50,682 bases of DNA from an uncultured Nitrospiraceae bacterium (GTDB lineage: Bacteria > Pseudomonadota > Gammaproteobacteria > Acidiferrobacterales > SPGG2). Every line of letters begins with the position of its first letter. Position 1 is the first letter of the stretch. Of this stretch, positions 29,160 to 37,753 are shown in pieces. A program made the position numbers and the translations under genes. The notes beneath the pieces were generated by a model. It was not told the DNA's origin and did not search any database. It was given only the letters and a program-made list of their open reading frames with translations. The stretch is from the NCBI GenBank assembly GCA_964347935.1, contig CAYGAS010000078.1, positions 1 to 50,682 on the forward strand, in the 5' to 3' direction.

Positions 29160-29543
29160 ATGAATAGCACCTACACCATCACTCAGCTCGCCCAGGAATT
29201 CGACGTCACGACCCGCACGATTCGCTTCTATGAGGACCAGGGCCTGCTCAGCCCGAGCCGCAACGGGCAAACGCGCGTCTACTCCCCCCGCGATCGCGTG
29301 CGTCTGAAGCTGGTGCTGCGCGGAAAGCGGCTGGGCTTCGCGCTCAGCGAGATCCGCGAGATGCTCGATATGTACGACACCGAGCCCGGGGAGACCGGCC
29401 AGCTGGAACACTTCTTGGCCAAGATTGCCGAACGGCGCGCGCTACTCCAGCAGCAACAACGGGACATCGAGCTAACGCTGAAGGAACTGGACGAAATCGA
29501 GACCCAGTGCCGGGCACACCTGGCGAAGGTCAAGGTCTCCTAA
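29160..29543 (+). CDS. liuR: MerR family transcriptional regulator, LiuR-like
   Basis: 127 aa with N-terminal HTH YTITQLAQEFDVTTRTIRFYEDQGLL and a coiled-coil C-terminus. It lies immediately upstream of the thioesterase and isovaleryl-CoA dehydrogenase genes, as in liu clusters. Confidence 0.75.
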   Translation: MNSTYTITQLAQEFDVTTRTIRFYEDQGLLSPSRNGQTRVYSPRDRVRLKLVLRGKRLGFALSEIREMLDMYDTEPGETGQLEHFLAKIAERRALLQQQQRDIELTLKELDEIETQCRAHLAKVKVS

Positions 29544-29617
29544 AAAATCGCGCGGGTAAGCATTCGAGCATCGAGACATGACGCCCGGGCACCACCAGCA
29601 GCAGGGAGGTCCATGCA

Positions 29618-30067
29618 ATGGTCGCGTTTGAACCGAGCGATCCCGGCTTTGCCGATCGAATCCGCAAGAGTTACGCGCGCCAACAGATCATGGCCTTCAT
29701 CGGCGCCGAGCTCGTCGAGCTGCGACCGGGCTATTGTGAGATTCACCTCCCCTACCGTCCCGAGCTCAGCCAGCAAGACGGCTTTTTTCATGCCGGCATC
29801 ATCAGCACGATCGCCGACTCGGCCGGCGGTTATGCCAGCTATACGCTGATGGCCGCCGGCACGCGCGTGCTGACCGTCGAGTACAAGATGAATCTGCTCG
29901 CACCTGCGCGCGGTGAGCGCTTGATCGCCCGCGGTCAAGTGATCAAGAACGGGCGCACGCTCGTGATCGCCAAGGCCGACGTCGGTGCCATCCAAGACGG
30001 TGAGGAAACGCCGTGCGCGACCTTGCTCGGGACCTTGATCAGTCTCGCCGACAACACGAAACGCTAG
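29618..30067 (+). CDS. PaaI-family hotdog-fold thioesterase
   Basis: 149 aa with GFFHAGIISTIADSAGGYA and GRTLVIAKADV, typical of PaaI / 'uncharacterised domain 1' thioesterases. Confidence 0.85.
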   Translation: MVAFEPSDPGFADRIRKSYARQQIMAFIGAELVELRPGYCEIHLPYRPELSQQDGFFHAGIISTIADSAGGYASYTLMAAGTRVLTVEYKMNLLAPARGERLIARGQVIKNGRTLVIAKADVGAIQDGEETPCATLLGTLISLADNTKR

Positions 30068-31240
30068 ATGATGACAAGACCGTTCCCGACTCTCAATTTT
30101 CACCTCGGCGAAACAGCCGACATGCTGCGCGAATCGGTGCGCAGCTTTGCCGCTGCCGAGATCGCCCCGCGCGCCGCCGAGATCGATGCGTGCAATGACT
30201 TTCCGGCCGATCTGTGGAAAAAGATGGGTGCCCTCGGTGTGCTCGGCATTACCGTGGAGGAAGAATATGGCGGCGCAGCCATGGGTTATCTCGAGCACGT
30301 CGTGGCGATGGAAGAAATCAGCCGCGCGTCCGCCTCCGTCGGTCTTTCTTACGGCGCGCACTCGAACCTGTGCGTCAATCAGATACGCCGCAACGGCACC
30401 GAGGAACAGAAGCGTCGCTATCTGCCGAAGCTGATCAGCGGCAACCACGTCGGCGCGCTGGCGATGAGCGAAAGCGGTGCCGGCTCCGATGTCGTCAGCA
30501 TGCGTACGCGCGCCGACAAGAAAGGCGAATATTACATTCTGAACGGCAACAAGATGTGGATCACCAACGGCCCGGACGCGCATACCCTGATCGTTTACGC
30601 CAAGACCGATCCTGGCGCCGGTTCCAAGGGCATCACGGCCTTCATCATCGAAAAGGGTTTCCGTGGCTTCTCCACCGCACAAAAGCTCGACAAACTTGGC
30701 ATGCGTGGCTCAAACACCTGCGAGCTCGTGTTTCAAGACTGCGAGGTGCCGGTGGGCAATGTACTGGGCCGAGCCAATAAAGGGGTACAGGTCCTGATGA
30801 GCGGCCTCGATTACGAGCGCCTGGTGTTGGCCGCCGGCCCGCTCGGCATCATGCAGGCGTGCATGGATGTCGTGGTGCCGTACGTGCATGAACGCAAGCA
30901 GTTCGGAAAATCGATTGGCGAGTTCGAGCTGATGCAGGGCAAGCTCGCCGACATGTACACGACCATGAATGCGTGCAAGGCCTACGTCTATGCGGTGGCG
31001 CAAGCCTACGATCGCGGTGAGACCAGTCGCAAGGATGCGGCCGGCGCCATCCTTTACGCCTCAGAGAAGGCCACCTGGATGGCGCTCGAAGCGATCCAGG
31101 CACTCGGGGGCATGGGCTATACCAACGAGTTTCCGACCGGGCGCCTGTTGCGCGATGCCAAGCTCTACGAAATCGGCGCCGGCACCAGCGAGATCCGGCG
31201 AATGCTGATCGGGCGCGAGCTGTTCGAGGAAACGCGCTAG
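30068..31240 (+). CDS. ivd: Isovaleryl-CoA dehydrogenase
   Basis: 390 aa. [32 protein letters not shown]..., [15 protein letters not shown] and [21 protein letters not shown] are typical of IVD/LiuA. The ATG abuts the thioesterase stop. Confidence 0.9.
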   Translation: MMTRPFPTLNFHLGETADMLRESVRSFAAAEIAPRAAEIDACNDFPADLWKKMGALGVLGITVEEEYGGAAMGYLEHVVAMEEISRASASVGLSYGAHSNLCVNQIRRNGTEEQKRRYLPKLISGNHVGALAMSESGAGSDVVSMRTRADKKGEYYILNGNKMWITNGPDAHTLIVYAKTDPGAGSKGITAFIIEKGFRGFSTAQKLDKLGMRGSNTCELVFQDCEVPVGNVLGRANKGVQVLMSGLDYERLVLAAGPLGIMQACMDVVVPYVHERKQFGKSIGEFELMQGKLADMYTTMNACKAYVYAVAQAYDRGETSRKDAAGAILYASEKATWMALEAIQALGGMGYTNEFPTGRLLRDAKLYEIGAGTSEIRRMLIGRELFEETR

Positions 31241-31258
31241 GGGCCAGCCGCTTCCGGG

Positions 31259-31511
31259 CGCCGGTATCAGTACGAGGCGACTGCTGGCGCCCGGCTTGTA
31301 CTGCGGTTGAAGCCCGCAGGGGCGAGGCGGAAGAAGAGAAAGGTCCAGTGGACCTTTCTCCCGCCGAGCGGGCGCGCCCCGGCCTTTCGAGCGCAGCAGG
31401 ACAGCATAGCGATGAAAGTGCTGCCCGCGCGCAGGGGCAGGAGCCCGTTCGCGCGGCTCCGCAGGACGAGCCGAAAAGGCGCAAGCCCGGCGCCAAGCAC
31501 TGATACCGGCG
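31259..31511. repeat. 253-bp intergenic element bounded by inverted repeats, with an internal 12-bp-arm perfect hairpin
   Basis: The termini CGCCGGTATCAGT (31259-31271) and ACTGATACCGGCG (31499-31511) are exact reverse complements. A second matched block, TGGCGCC[C/G]GGCTTG, lies just inside each end. Internal palindrome GAGAAAGGTCCA-G-TGGACCTTTCTC at 31336-31360. Confidence 0.45.
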
Positions 31512-31527
31512 TCCAAAGGAACACTTG

Positions 31528-31716
31528 ATGGCGCTTGAGATGCGAAGCAATTGCGAGAAGTGTGCTACGGCGCTCGCCAGTTTTCGCGAGGCGTGCATTT
31601 GCTCCGACGCGCGTACATTTTGTAACCTTGGCAGCGAAACGATGCAGCCAATCTTTCCCAACTGCGGTGGCGAGCTGCGCCAGCGCCCGCGCCGCCTGAC
31701 CCGAGGGCAAAGCTAA
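31528..31716 (+). CDS. DUF1272-like small Cys-rich protein
   Basis: About 62 aa. The pattern LEMRSNCEKC...ICS...TFC...PNCGGELRQRPRR resembles DUF1272. The stop overlaps the thiolase start (TAATG). Confidence 0.6.
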   Translation: MALEMRSNCEKCATALASFREACICSDARTFCNLGSETMQPIFPNCGGELRQRPRRLTRGQS

Positions 31717-32903
31717 TGAAAAACGGCGATCCTATTGTCATAGTCAGTGCCGCACGCACGCCCATGGGCGGCTTCCAAGGCGATCTCAAGGACGTGACGG
31801 CGCCACAGCTCGGTGCGACCGCCATCAAGGGGGCACTGGAAAAGGCACAGGTCGCGGCCGACGACGTGCAGGAAGTCATTATGGGTTGCGTGCTACCGGC
31901 CGGGCAGGGCCAGGCGCCGGCACGTCAGGCCTCATTCGGTGCCGGTATTCCCAAAAGCGTAGGCTGCACGACGATCAACAAGATGTGCGGTTCGGGGATG
32001 AAAGCCGCGATGCTCGCGCACGACCTGATCACCGCCGGCATCAATGACATCATGGTCGCGGGTGGAATGGAAAGCATGACCAATGCGCCCTATCTGTTGC
32101 TCAAGGCCCGGGGCGGGCTGCGCATGGGACACGGCGAGGTCGCCGATCATATGTTCCTCGACGGTCTCGAAGACGCCTACGACAAGGGACGGTTGATGGG
32201 AACCTTTGCCGAAGACACGGCAGAACGTTATCGATTCAGCCGCGAAGCGCAAGATGCCTTTGCTATCGAATCGCTGACGCGCGCCAAGAAGGCCATCGAC
32301 AGCGGCAGCTTTAACAATGAGGTGGTTCCCGTCACCGTGCACACCCGAAACGGGGACCGCACGGTCGGCCAGGACGAACAACCGCACAAGGCGAACACCG
32401 AGAAGATTCCAAACCTGCGCCCGGCCTTTCGCAAGGATGGAACCGTGACCGCGGCCAACTCGAGCTCGATCTCCGACGGTTCGGCGGCGCTGGTACTCAT
32501 GCGGCTCGCCGAGGCGGAGCGTCGCGGCTTACGCCCGCTGGCGAAGATCCTCGGCCATGCCACGCACGCACAGGAACCGGCCTGGTTCACCACGGCTCCC
32601 GTCGGTGCGATCAAGAAACTGCTTGAAAAGATCGGCTGGTCCGTCGACGACGCCGATCTGTACGAAGTCAACGAGGCCTTTGCGGTCGTGACGATGGCGG
32701 CGATGCACGATCTCGGTCTGTCGCATGACAAGGTGAATGTGCACGGCGGCGCGTGTGCGCTGGGTCACCCAATCGGCGCCTCGGGGGCACGCATCCTCGT
32801 GACACTGCTCAACGCGCTTGCAAAGTACGACCTCAAGCGCGGAGTCGCCGCGCTTTGCATCGGCGGCGGCGAAGCGACGGCCATGGCGGTTGAACGACTA
32901 TAA
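31716..32903 (+). CDS. Acetyl-CoA C-acetyltransferase / thiolase II
   Basis: 395 aa with the active-site Cys region INKMCGSGMKA and C-terminal NVHGGACALGHPIGASGARIL and CIGGGEA. Confidence 0.92.
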   Translation: MKNGDPIVIVSAARTPMGGFQGDLKDVTAPQLGATAIKGALEKAQVAADDVQEVIMGCVLPAGQGQAPARQASFGAGIPKSVGCTTINKMCGSGMKAAMLAHDLITAGINDIMVAGGMESMTNAPYLLLKARGGLRMGHGEVADHMFLDGLEDAYDKGRLMGTFAEDTAERYRFSREAQDAFAIESLTRAKKAIDSGSFNNEVVPVTVHTRNGDRTVGQDEQPHKANTEKIPNLRPAFRKDGTVTAANSSSISDGSAALVLMRLAEAERRGLRPLAKILGHATHAQEPAWFTTAPVGAIKKLLEKIGWSVDDADLYEVNEAFAVVTMAAMHDLGLSHDKVNVHGGACALGHPIGASGARILVTLLNALAKYDLKRGVAALCIGGGEATAMAVERL

Positions 32904-32999
32904 CTCGAGTAGCCAGTCACAAGTCGCAAGACCAAAGCGGGTCAACCGATATGCGCGGTCGATCTCGCTGCTTGCCGCTTCACACTTGGAACTCTCTTT

Positions 33000-33599
33000 A
33001 TGAAAAGCATTGATTTTTACTTCGATTTCTCTTCGCCCTATGGGTATATCGCTTCCTGCCGCATCGACGATATCGCCGCCCGGCACGGGCGCACCGTGAA
33101 CTGGTACCCCTACCTGCTCGGCGTGGTGTTCAAAACGACCGGCCGCAGGCCCTTGCCTGAGCAGCCGCTCGTCGGCGATTACGCCTTGCGCGACTTTGCG
33201 CGCTCGGCGCGGCTCTACGGCGTGCCGTTTAACATGCCCCAGCGCCTGCCGATCTCGGGGGTCAACCCGAGCCGGGCGTACTACTGGCTCTACGACCAAG
33301 ACCCGCAGCAGGCGAAGGCACTGGCGCGGTCGCTGTATGCGGCCTACTTCGTCGACGGCCGCGATATCTCAGACCCCGAACAGGTCGCCGAGGTCACGGC
33401 CGCATTGGGAATTGATCGGGCTGCCGTCGCGGCAGCACTGCAGGACCCAAAGGTGAAGGAGCGCTTGCGGTCGGAGACAGACGCCGCCATCGGCCGGGGC
33501 GCATTCGGGTCACCGTTCATCTTCGTCGACGACGAGCCCTTCTGGGGCAACGATCGCCTCGATCAGGTCGATCGTTGGCTGACCACCGGCGGCTGGTAG
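33000..33599 (+). CDS. 2-hydroxychromene-2-carboxylate isomerase family (DsbA-like thioredoxin fold) protein
   Basis: 199 aa with IDFYFDFSSPYGY at the N-terminus and GAFGSPFIFVDDEPFWGNDRL at the C-terminus, both family hallmarks. Confidence 0.85.
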   Translation: MKSIDFYFDFSSPYGYIASCRIDDIAARHGRTVNWYPYLLGVVFKTTGRRPLPEQPLVGDYALRDFARSARLYGVPFNMPQRLPISGVNPSRAYYWLYDQDPQQAKALARSLYAAYFVDGRDISDPEQVAEVTAALGIDRAAVAAALQDPKVKERLRSETDAAIGRGAFGSPFIFVDDEPFWGNDRLDQVDRWLTTGGW

Positions 33600-33606
33600 C
33601 TCGCCA

Positions 33607-33804
33607 GTGGGCGTAGAGACAATCACACCCGCCACACCCTGCATGGGGGTGTGCCAGATCGAACCCGTCACAGGTTGGTGTCGCGGTTGCCGTCGCACGT
33701 TGGACGAGATCGCCGCGTGGCCGACCTACAGCGCAGAGGAAAAACGCGCGGTGTTCGCACGGCTCGCCGAACGCCGCATCCCCGCCGGCAACGAGAACGA
33801 CTAG
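33607..33804 (+). CDS. DUF1289 family small Cys-rich protein
   Basis: 65 aa. PCMGVCQIEPVTGWCRGCRRTLDEIAAW matches the DUF1289 pattern. Alternative start at ATG 33640. Confidence 0.7.
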   Translation: MGVETITPATPCMGVCQIEPVTGWCRGCRRTLDEIAAWPTYSAEEKRAVFARLAERRIPAGNEND

Positions 33805-34241
33805 GCGCTGCGTCCGCGCTGTGTTCCGTGCGGCGGAATGGAATAGGTCGCCGTCACGTGCGCCACCATCTCTTCCTCGCCGTCCAGAAACAACGCCACC
33901 TCCCCGACCGCCAAGCGTTTACCGAGCTTCAGAATGCGCGCTTCGGCGATGACATCCCCGGGATGCGGTCGCCGCAGAAAGTTGATATTGAGGCTGGTGG
34001 TCACCGTCAGCTCGACCGGCCCGATCAGGCTGAGTACTGAGCCGTACATGGCGAGGTCCGCCGCCGCCATCAACACCGGGCCCGAGATGGTGCCGCCGGG
34101 GCGCAGAAAATCGTCGCGAAAAGGGACCCGCAGACGGGTCAGGCCTTGGTCAAGGTGCTCGACTTTGACCCCGAGCTGACCGACTAAAGGCACACGCTCG
34201 CGGGCGATCTCCTCGAATTCCGCAATCGAAATAAGCGACAT
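33801..34241 (-). CDS. PaaI-family hotdog-fold thioesterase
   Basis: 146 aa with GGTISGPVLMAAADLAMY and GKRLAVGEVALF. Confidence 0.8.
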   Translation of the reverse strand: MSLISIAEFEEIARERVPLVGQLGVKVEHLDQGLTRLRVPFRDDFLRPGGTISGPVLMAAADLAMYGSVLSLIGPVELTVTTSLNINFLRRPHPGDVIAEARILKLGKRLAVGEVALFLDGEEEMVAHVTATYSIPPHGTQRGRSA

Positions 34242-34348
34242 GCCAACTCCCTCAGTCCTCGTCTAGCCTGAAAGGCCGCCCCTTGAGTCCCGGGGCGTAT
34301 GGCCGCAGAATCTTGGGTCAACCAAGCCATCGCTCGGAGATTTCTTGC

Positions 34349-35155
34349 ATGACCCGCCCCGTCACCCAGCCGGCGCCCGAGGAAGCGACACTTCTGCGCC
34401 ACGATCGGGAAGGCATCACGACGCTGACCTTAAACCGGCCCAAGCAGTATAACGCCTTGTCCGAGGCGCTGTTAGCGGCGCTGCAGGAGGCCTGGGACGA
34501 CATCGCCAAGGACGAGTCGGTGCGTGTGGTAATCCTCGCCGGCGCGGGTAAGGCCTTCTGTGCCGGACACGATTTGAAAGAAATGCGCGCCCATCCCGAC
34601 AGGGAGTACTACCGGGCGCTGTTTCGTCGGTGCAGTGACATGATGCTCACCATGACCCGTATCCCGCAGCCGATCATCGCACGGGTGCACGGCATCGCCA
34701 CGGCGGCCGGCTGTCAACTCGTCGCCACGAGCGACCTCGCGGTCGCCTCGCGCAACGCAAGCTTCGCCACCTCCGGTATTAACGTCGGTCTGTTCTGCTC
34801 AACGCCGGGTGTGCCCTTGAGTCGCAACGTATTACGAAAACACGCGATGGAGATGCTGCTGACCGGAGAGTTTGTCAGCGCCGACGGTGCCGTGGACCTG
34901 GGCCTGGTCAACCGCGTGGTCGAGCCCGATGCCCTTGATGAGGAGGTGCTCAAGCTGGCCGACCAGATCGTCGCGCGCTCGCCGGTAGCCGTGCGTACGG
35001 GCAAGCAGATGTTTTACCGCCAGATCGACCAGGAGCTCGAAACCGCGTACGAATACGCGTGCGAGGTCATGGCCGAAAACATGATGGCCGAGGACGCCAG
35101 CGAAGGCATCGACGCCTTTCTGCAGAAGCGCGATCCCAAGTGGCGCGGCCGCTAA
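34349..35155 (+). CDS. Enoyl-CoA hydratase/isomerase (crotonase) family
   Basis: Crotonase blocks GAGKAFCAGHDLKEM, IIARVHGIATAAGCQL and EGIDAFLQKR. Preferred start is ATG 34349 (MTRPVTQ...) rather than the track start at 34283. Confidence 0.88.
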   Translation: MTRPVTQPAPEEATLLRHDREGITTLTLNRPKQYNALSEALLAALQEAWDDIAKDESVRVVILAGAGKAFCAGHDLKEMRAHPDREYYRALFRRCSDMMLTMTRIPQPIIARVHGIATAAGCQLVATSDLAVASRNASFATSGINVGLFCSTPGVPLSRNVLRKHAMEMLLTGEFVSADGAVDLGLVNRVVEPDALDEEVLKLADQIVARSPVAVRTGKQMFYRQIDQELETAYEYACEVMAENMMAEDASEGIDAFLQKRDPKWRGR

Positions 35156-35208
35156 TGTCGGTCAAACCATTGTAGCGATCGGCGTCGACAAAGAGCATTG
35201 CTGCTAGC

Positions 35209-36867
35209 ATGGGACGTTCTGGGCAACACGGCAGTCCTTATGAGGTCGGCCTAGACAAGGTCGCGGCCAACTACAGTCCGCTTTCGCCGCTCAGCTTCAT
35301 CGAGCGTGCGGCCGCCGTTTATCCCGATCACGCCGCCGTAGTTCACGGTGAGCAGCGATTCACCTGGTCGCAAACCTACGCACGCTGCCGGCGTTTGGCA
35401 TCGGCGCTTTCCCGACGCGGTGTCGGTCTCGGGGACACCGTGGCCGTCATGGCGGCGAATATCCCGGCGCTGTACGAGACCCATTTCGGTGTGCCCATGA
35501 CGGGTGCGGTGCTGAACGCGCTCAATATCCGCCTCGACCCGAAGACCATCGCCTTTATCCTCGATCACGGCGAAGCCAAGATCCTGCTGACCGACAGGGA
35601 GTTTTCCGACGTCATCCGCGAGGCCTTGCAGAGCACAAAACGCAAGCCCGCCGTGATTGACATCGATGACCCGCAGGCGGCGGCAGGCGAGCTCATCGGC
35701 GAGTTGGGCTACGAGGACCTGCTCGAGTCGGGTGACCCCGAATTCGCCTGGTCCTTGCCGGCCGACGAGTGGCAGGCGATCTCGCTCAATTACACCTCGG
35801 GCACCACCGGCAATCCCAAGGGGGTCGTGTACCACCATCGCGGCGCCTATTTAAATGCCATCAGCAATATCCTCGCCTGGGGGATGAGCCAGCACCCGGT
35901 GTATTTGTGGACGCTGCCCATGTTCCATTGCAACGGCTGGTGTTTCCCGTGGACGCTGGCAGCGCTGGCAGGTACCAGCGTTTGTCTGCGCAAGGTCAGC
36001 GCCAAGGGGATTTACGAGGCAATCGCTCATCATGGCGTCACGCATTTCTGTGGGGCACCGATCGTCTTGAACTTCGTGATCAATGCCAAGCCCGAGGAGC
36101 GGCGTGAGTTCGCTCATACGGTCGAGGTCATGACTGCCGCTGCGCCGCCGCCGGCTTCTGTGCTGGCGGCCATGGAGCAGGCGGGTTTCCACATGACCCA
36201 CGTCTACGGCCTCACGGAGACATACGGACCCGCGGTCGTGTGCGCGTGGAAAGACGAGTGGAATCGCAAATCACCGAGCGAACGCGCGCAGCTGAAGGCC
36301 CGTCAAGGGGTCAACTATCACGCCTTGCAAGGTTTGCAGGTGATGGACCCGAAAAGGATGCAGCCCGTGCCTGCCGACGCCCAGACGATGGGCGAAGTGA
36401 TGTTTCGCGGCAACATCGTCATGAAAGGTTATCTCAAGAATCGCAGCGCAACTGATGAAGCGTTCGCCGGTGGCTGGTTTCACTCGGGTGACCTCGGGGT
36501 GATGCATCCCGACGGATACCTGCAACTGAAGGACCGATCCAAAGACGTTATTATTTCCGGCGGTGAGAACATCTCTTCGATCGAGGTCGAAGACGTGCTT
36601 TACCGGCATCCGGCCATATTGGAAGCCGCCGTGGTTGCCCGTCCCGACGACAAGTGGGGCGAGACGCCCTGCGCCTTCGTGTTCCTCAAAGACTCCGCGG
36701 GCAACGTCAGCGCCGAGGAAATCATCGCGTTCTGTCGCGACAACCTGGCCCACTACAAAGCCCCCAAAACGGTCGTGTTCGGTCCGCTGCCGAAAACCTC
36801 GACAGGAAAGATCCAGAAGTTCAAGCTGCGCGAGCAAGCACGCGAGCTCGGCAGCCTGACCGACTGA
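35209..36867 (+). CDS. Medium-chain-type acyl-CoA synthetase (AMP-binding), paralog of 10508..12142
   Basis: 552 aa with YTSGTTGNPKGVVYHHRGAYLNA, YGLTETYGP, GWFHSGDLG and TSTGKIQK. Long colinear identity to the 10.5-kb ligase. Confidence 0.9.
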   Translation: MGRSGQHGSPYEVGLDKVAANYSPLSPLSFIERAAAVYPDHAAVVHGEQRFTWSQTYARCRRLASALSRRGVGLGDTVAVMAANIPALYETHFGVPMTGAVLNALNIRLDPKTIAFILDHGEAKILLTDREFSDVIREALQSTKRKPAVIDIDDPQAAAGELIGELGYEDLLESGDPEFAWSLPADEWQAISLNYTSGTTGNPKGVVYHHRGAYLNAISNILAWGMSQHPVYLWTLPMFHCNGWCFPWTLAALAGTSVCLRKVSAKGIYEAIAHHGVTHFCGAPIVLNFVINAKPEERREFAHTVEVMTAAAPPPASVLAAMEQAGFHMTHVYGLTETYGPAVVCAWKDEWNRKSPSERAQLKARQGVNYHALQGLQVMDPKRMQPVPADAQTMGEVMFRGNIVMKGYLKNRSATDEAFAGGWFHSGDLGVMHPDGYLQLKDRSKDVIISGGENISSIEVEDVLYRHPAILEAAVVARPDDKWGETPCAFVFLKDSAGNVSAEEIIAFCRDNLAHYKAPKTVVFGPLPKTSTGKIQKFKLREQARELGSLTD

Positions 36868-37091
36868 CCCCCTGCGGCAAAGGCATTCGGGTCAACGCGA
36901 GGCAGGCGTTCCCGGGGGCCGAACATGCCGCGAGCGCGGGGCACAATCTGGCGATGCAGCTCCTGGTGCACATCTACCGTCAGCGTGTGTACAGCCAAGC
37001 GGTAAGCATGGCGCTTGCGGAACAGTGGGCATGCAAAGCCCAGCAGACGCGCGCAGAAGCCTAAGGCTCACGCCGAATACGGACCGGCTTG

Positions 37092-37107
37092 ACGTTTACG
37101 TAAACGT
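37092..37107. promoter_or_regulatory. Second copy of the 16-bp palindrome ACGTTTACGTAAACGT; candidate LiuR operator inside a sigma70-like promoter
   Basis: Context is TTGACG(37089-37094)-N17-TATCGT(37112-37117), and the palindrome occupies the spacer. It lies 31 nt upstream of the DUF2889 start. Confidence 0.6.
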
Positions 37108-37137
37108 TAGCTATCGTGCGGCCCGAGGTTCACTCAC

Positions 37138-37728
37138 ATGCCCCTATCGCCCGCCGCGCCCCGCGAACACATCCACCACCGCGCAATCCTGTGCTACGGA
37201 TACCACCGGCAGGACGGCCTGTGGGACATTGAAGGCCATCTGGTCGACACCAAGAGCTATGCGTTCGTGAATCGTGAGCGTGGCGAGATCAAGCCGGGCG
37301 AACCGGTGCATGAGATGTGGCTGCGTGTGACGGTCGACGACGAGCTGGTCGTGCAGGACATCGAGGCGGCCACGGATGCTAGCCCCTTCAGCATTTGTGG
37401 TGATATCAGAGAGCAGTTCAAACAGTTACGGGGTGTGCAGATCGGTCGCGGTTGGCGACGCAAGGTAAACCAGGTGCTGGGAGGCGTTAAGGGTTGCACT
37501 CACCTGGTCGAGCTGCTGGGACCGGTCGCGACCACGGCCTTTCAGACCATCTACCCGATCAAGTCACGACGCAAGGACGCGCAGCCCTCGGGCAAAAAGC
37601 CGCCGATGCTCGACAGCTGTCATGCATTGGCCACCGATGGCGAGATTGTCAGGCTCCACTGGCCGCGCTTTTATAACGGCCCCGAGCAATCGCTGCCTTC
37701 CTCGCGCCTGTCGAAAGGGCGGGAATGA
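37138..37728 (+). CDS. DUF2889 family protein
   Basis: 196 aa. HEMWLRVTVDDELVVQDIEA and GGVKGCTHLVELLGPVATTAFQTIY resemble DUF2889. Confidence 0.7.
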   Translation: MPLSPAAPREHIHHRAILCYGYHRQDGLWDIEGHLVDTKSYAFVNRERGEIKPGEPVHEMWLRVTVDDELVVQDIEAATDASPFSICGDIREQFKQLRGVQIGRGWRRKVNQVLGGVKGCTHLVELLGPVATTAFQTIYPIKSRRKDAQPSGKKPPMLDSCHALATDGEIVRLHWPRFYNGPEQSLPSSRLSKGRE

Positions 37729-37753
37729 CTGACAGGCAGGCCAGACGCCGATC

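Noticed and set aside
29540-30682. 380-aa minus-strand ORF spanning the thioesterase and the 5' half of ivd
   Set aside because: It lies antisense to two strongly recognisable plus-strand genes. The translation is Ala/Gly/Arg-rich and low-complexity with no motifs. It is a typical high-GC shadow ORF.
30849-31710. Minus-strand ORFs of 270, 151 and 147 aa crossing the ivd 3' end and the inverted-repeat-bounded element
   Set aside because: They are extremely Arg/Ala/Ser/Pro-rich with no motifs, and they overlap ivd. I treat the region as non-coding structured DNA/RNA instead.
33801-33804. Convergent genes (DUF1289 and a hotdog thioesterase) whose stop codons share the palindrome CTAG; also a 14-nt convergent overlap of the MATE and crotonase genes at 44392-44405
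   Set aside because: Short convergent overlaps are common in compact high-GC genomes. There is no associated structure or motif, so these are noted only as the absence of an intergenic terminator.
36954-37064. 36-codon ORF (MQLLVHIYRQRVYSQAVSMALAEQWACKAQQTRAEA) in the spacer upstream of the second palindrome
   Set aside because: It has no ribosome-binding site and no recognisable family, and it lies in a promoter-containing spacer. Evidence is insufficient for a small-protein call.
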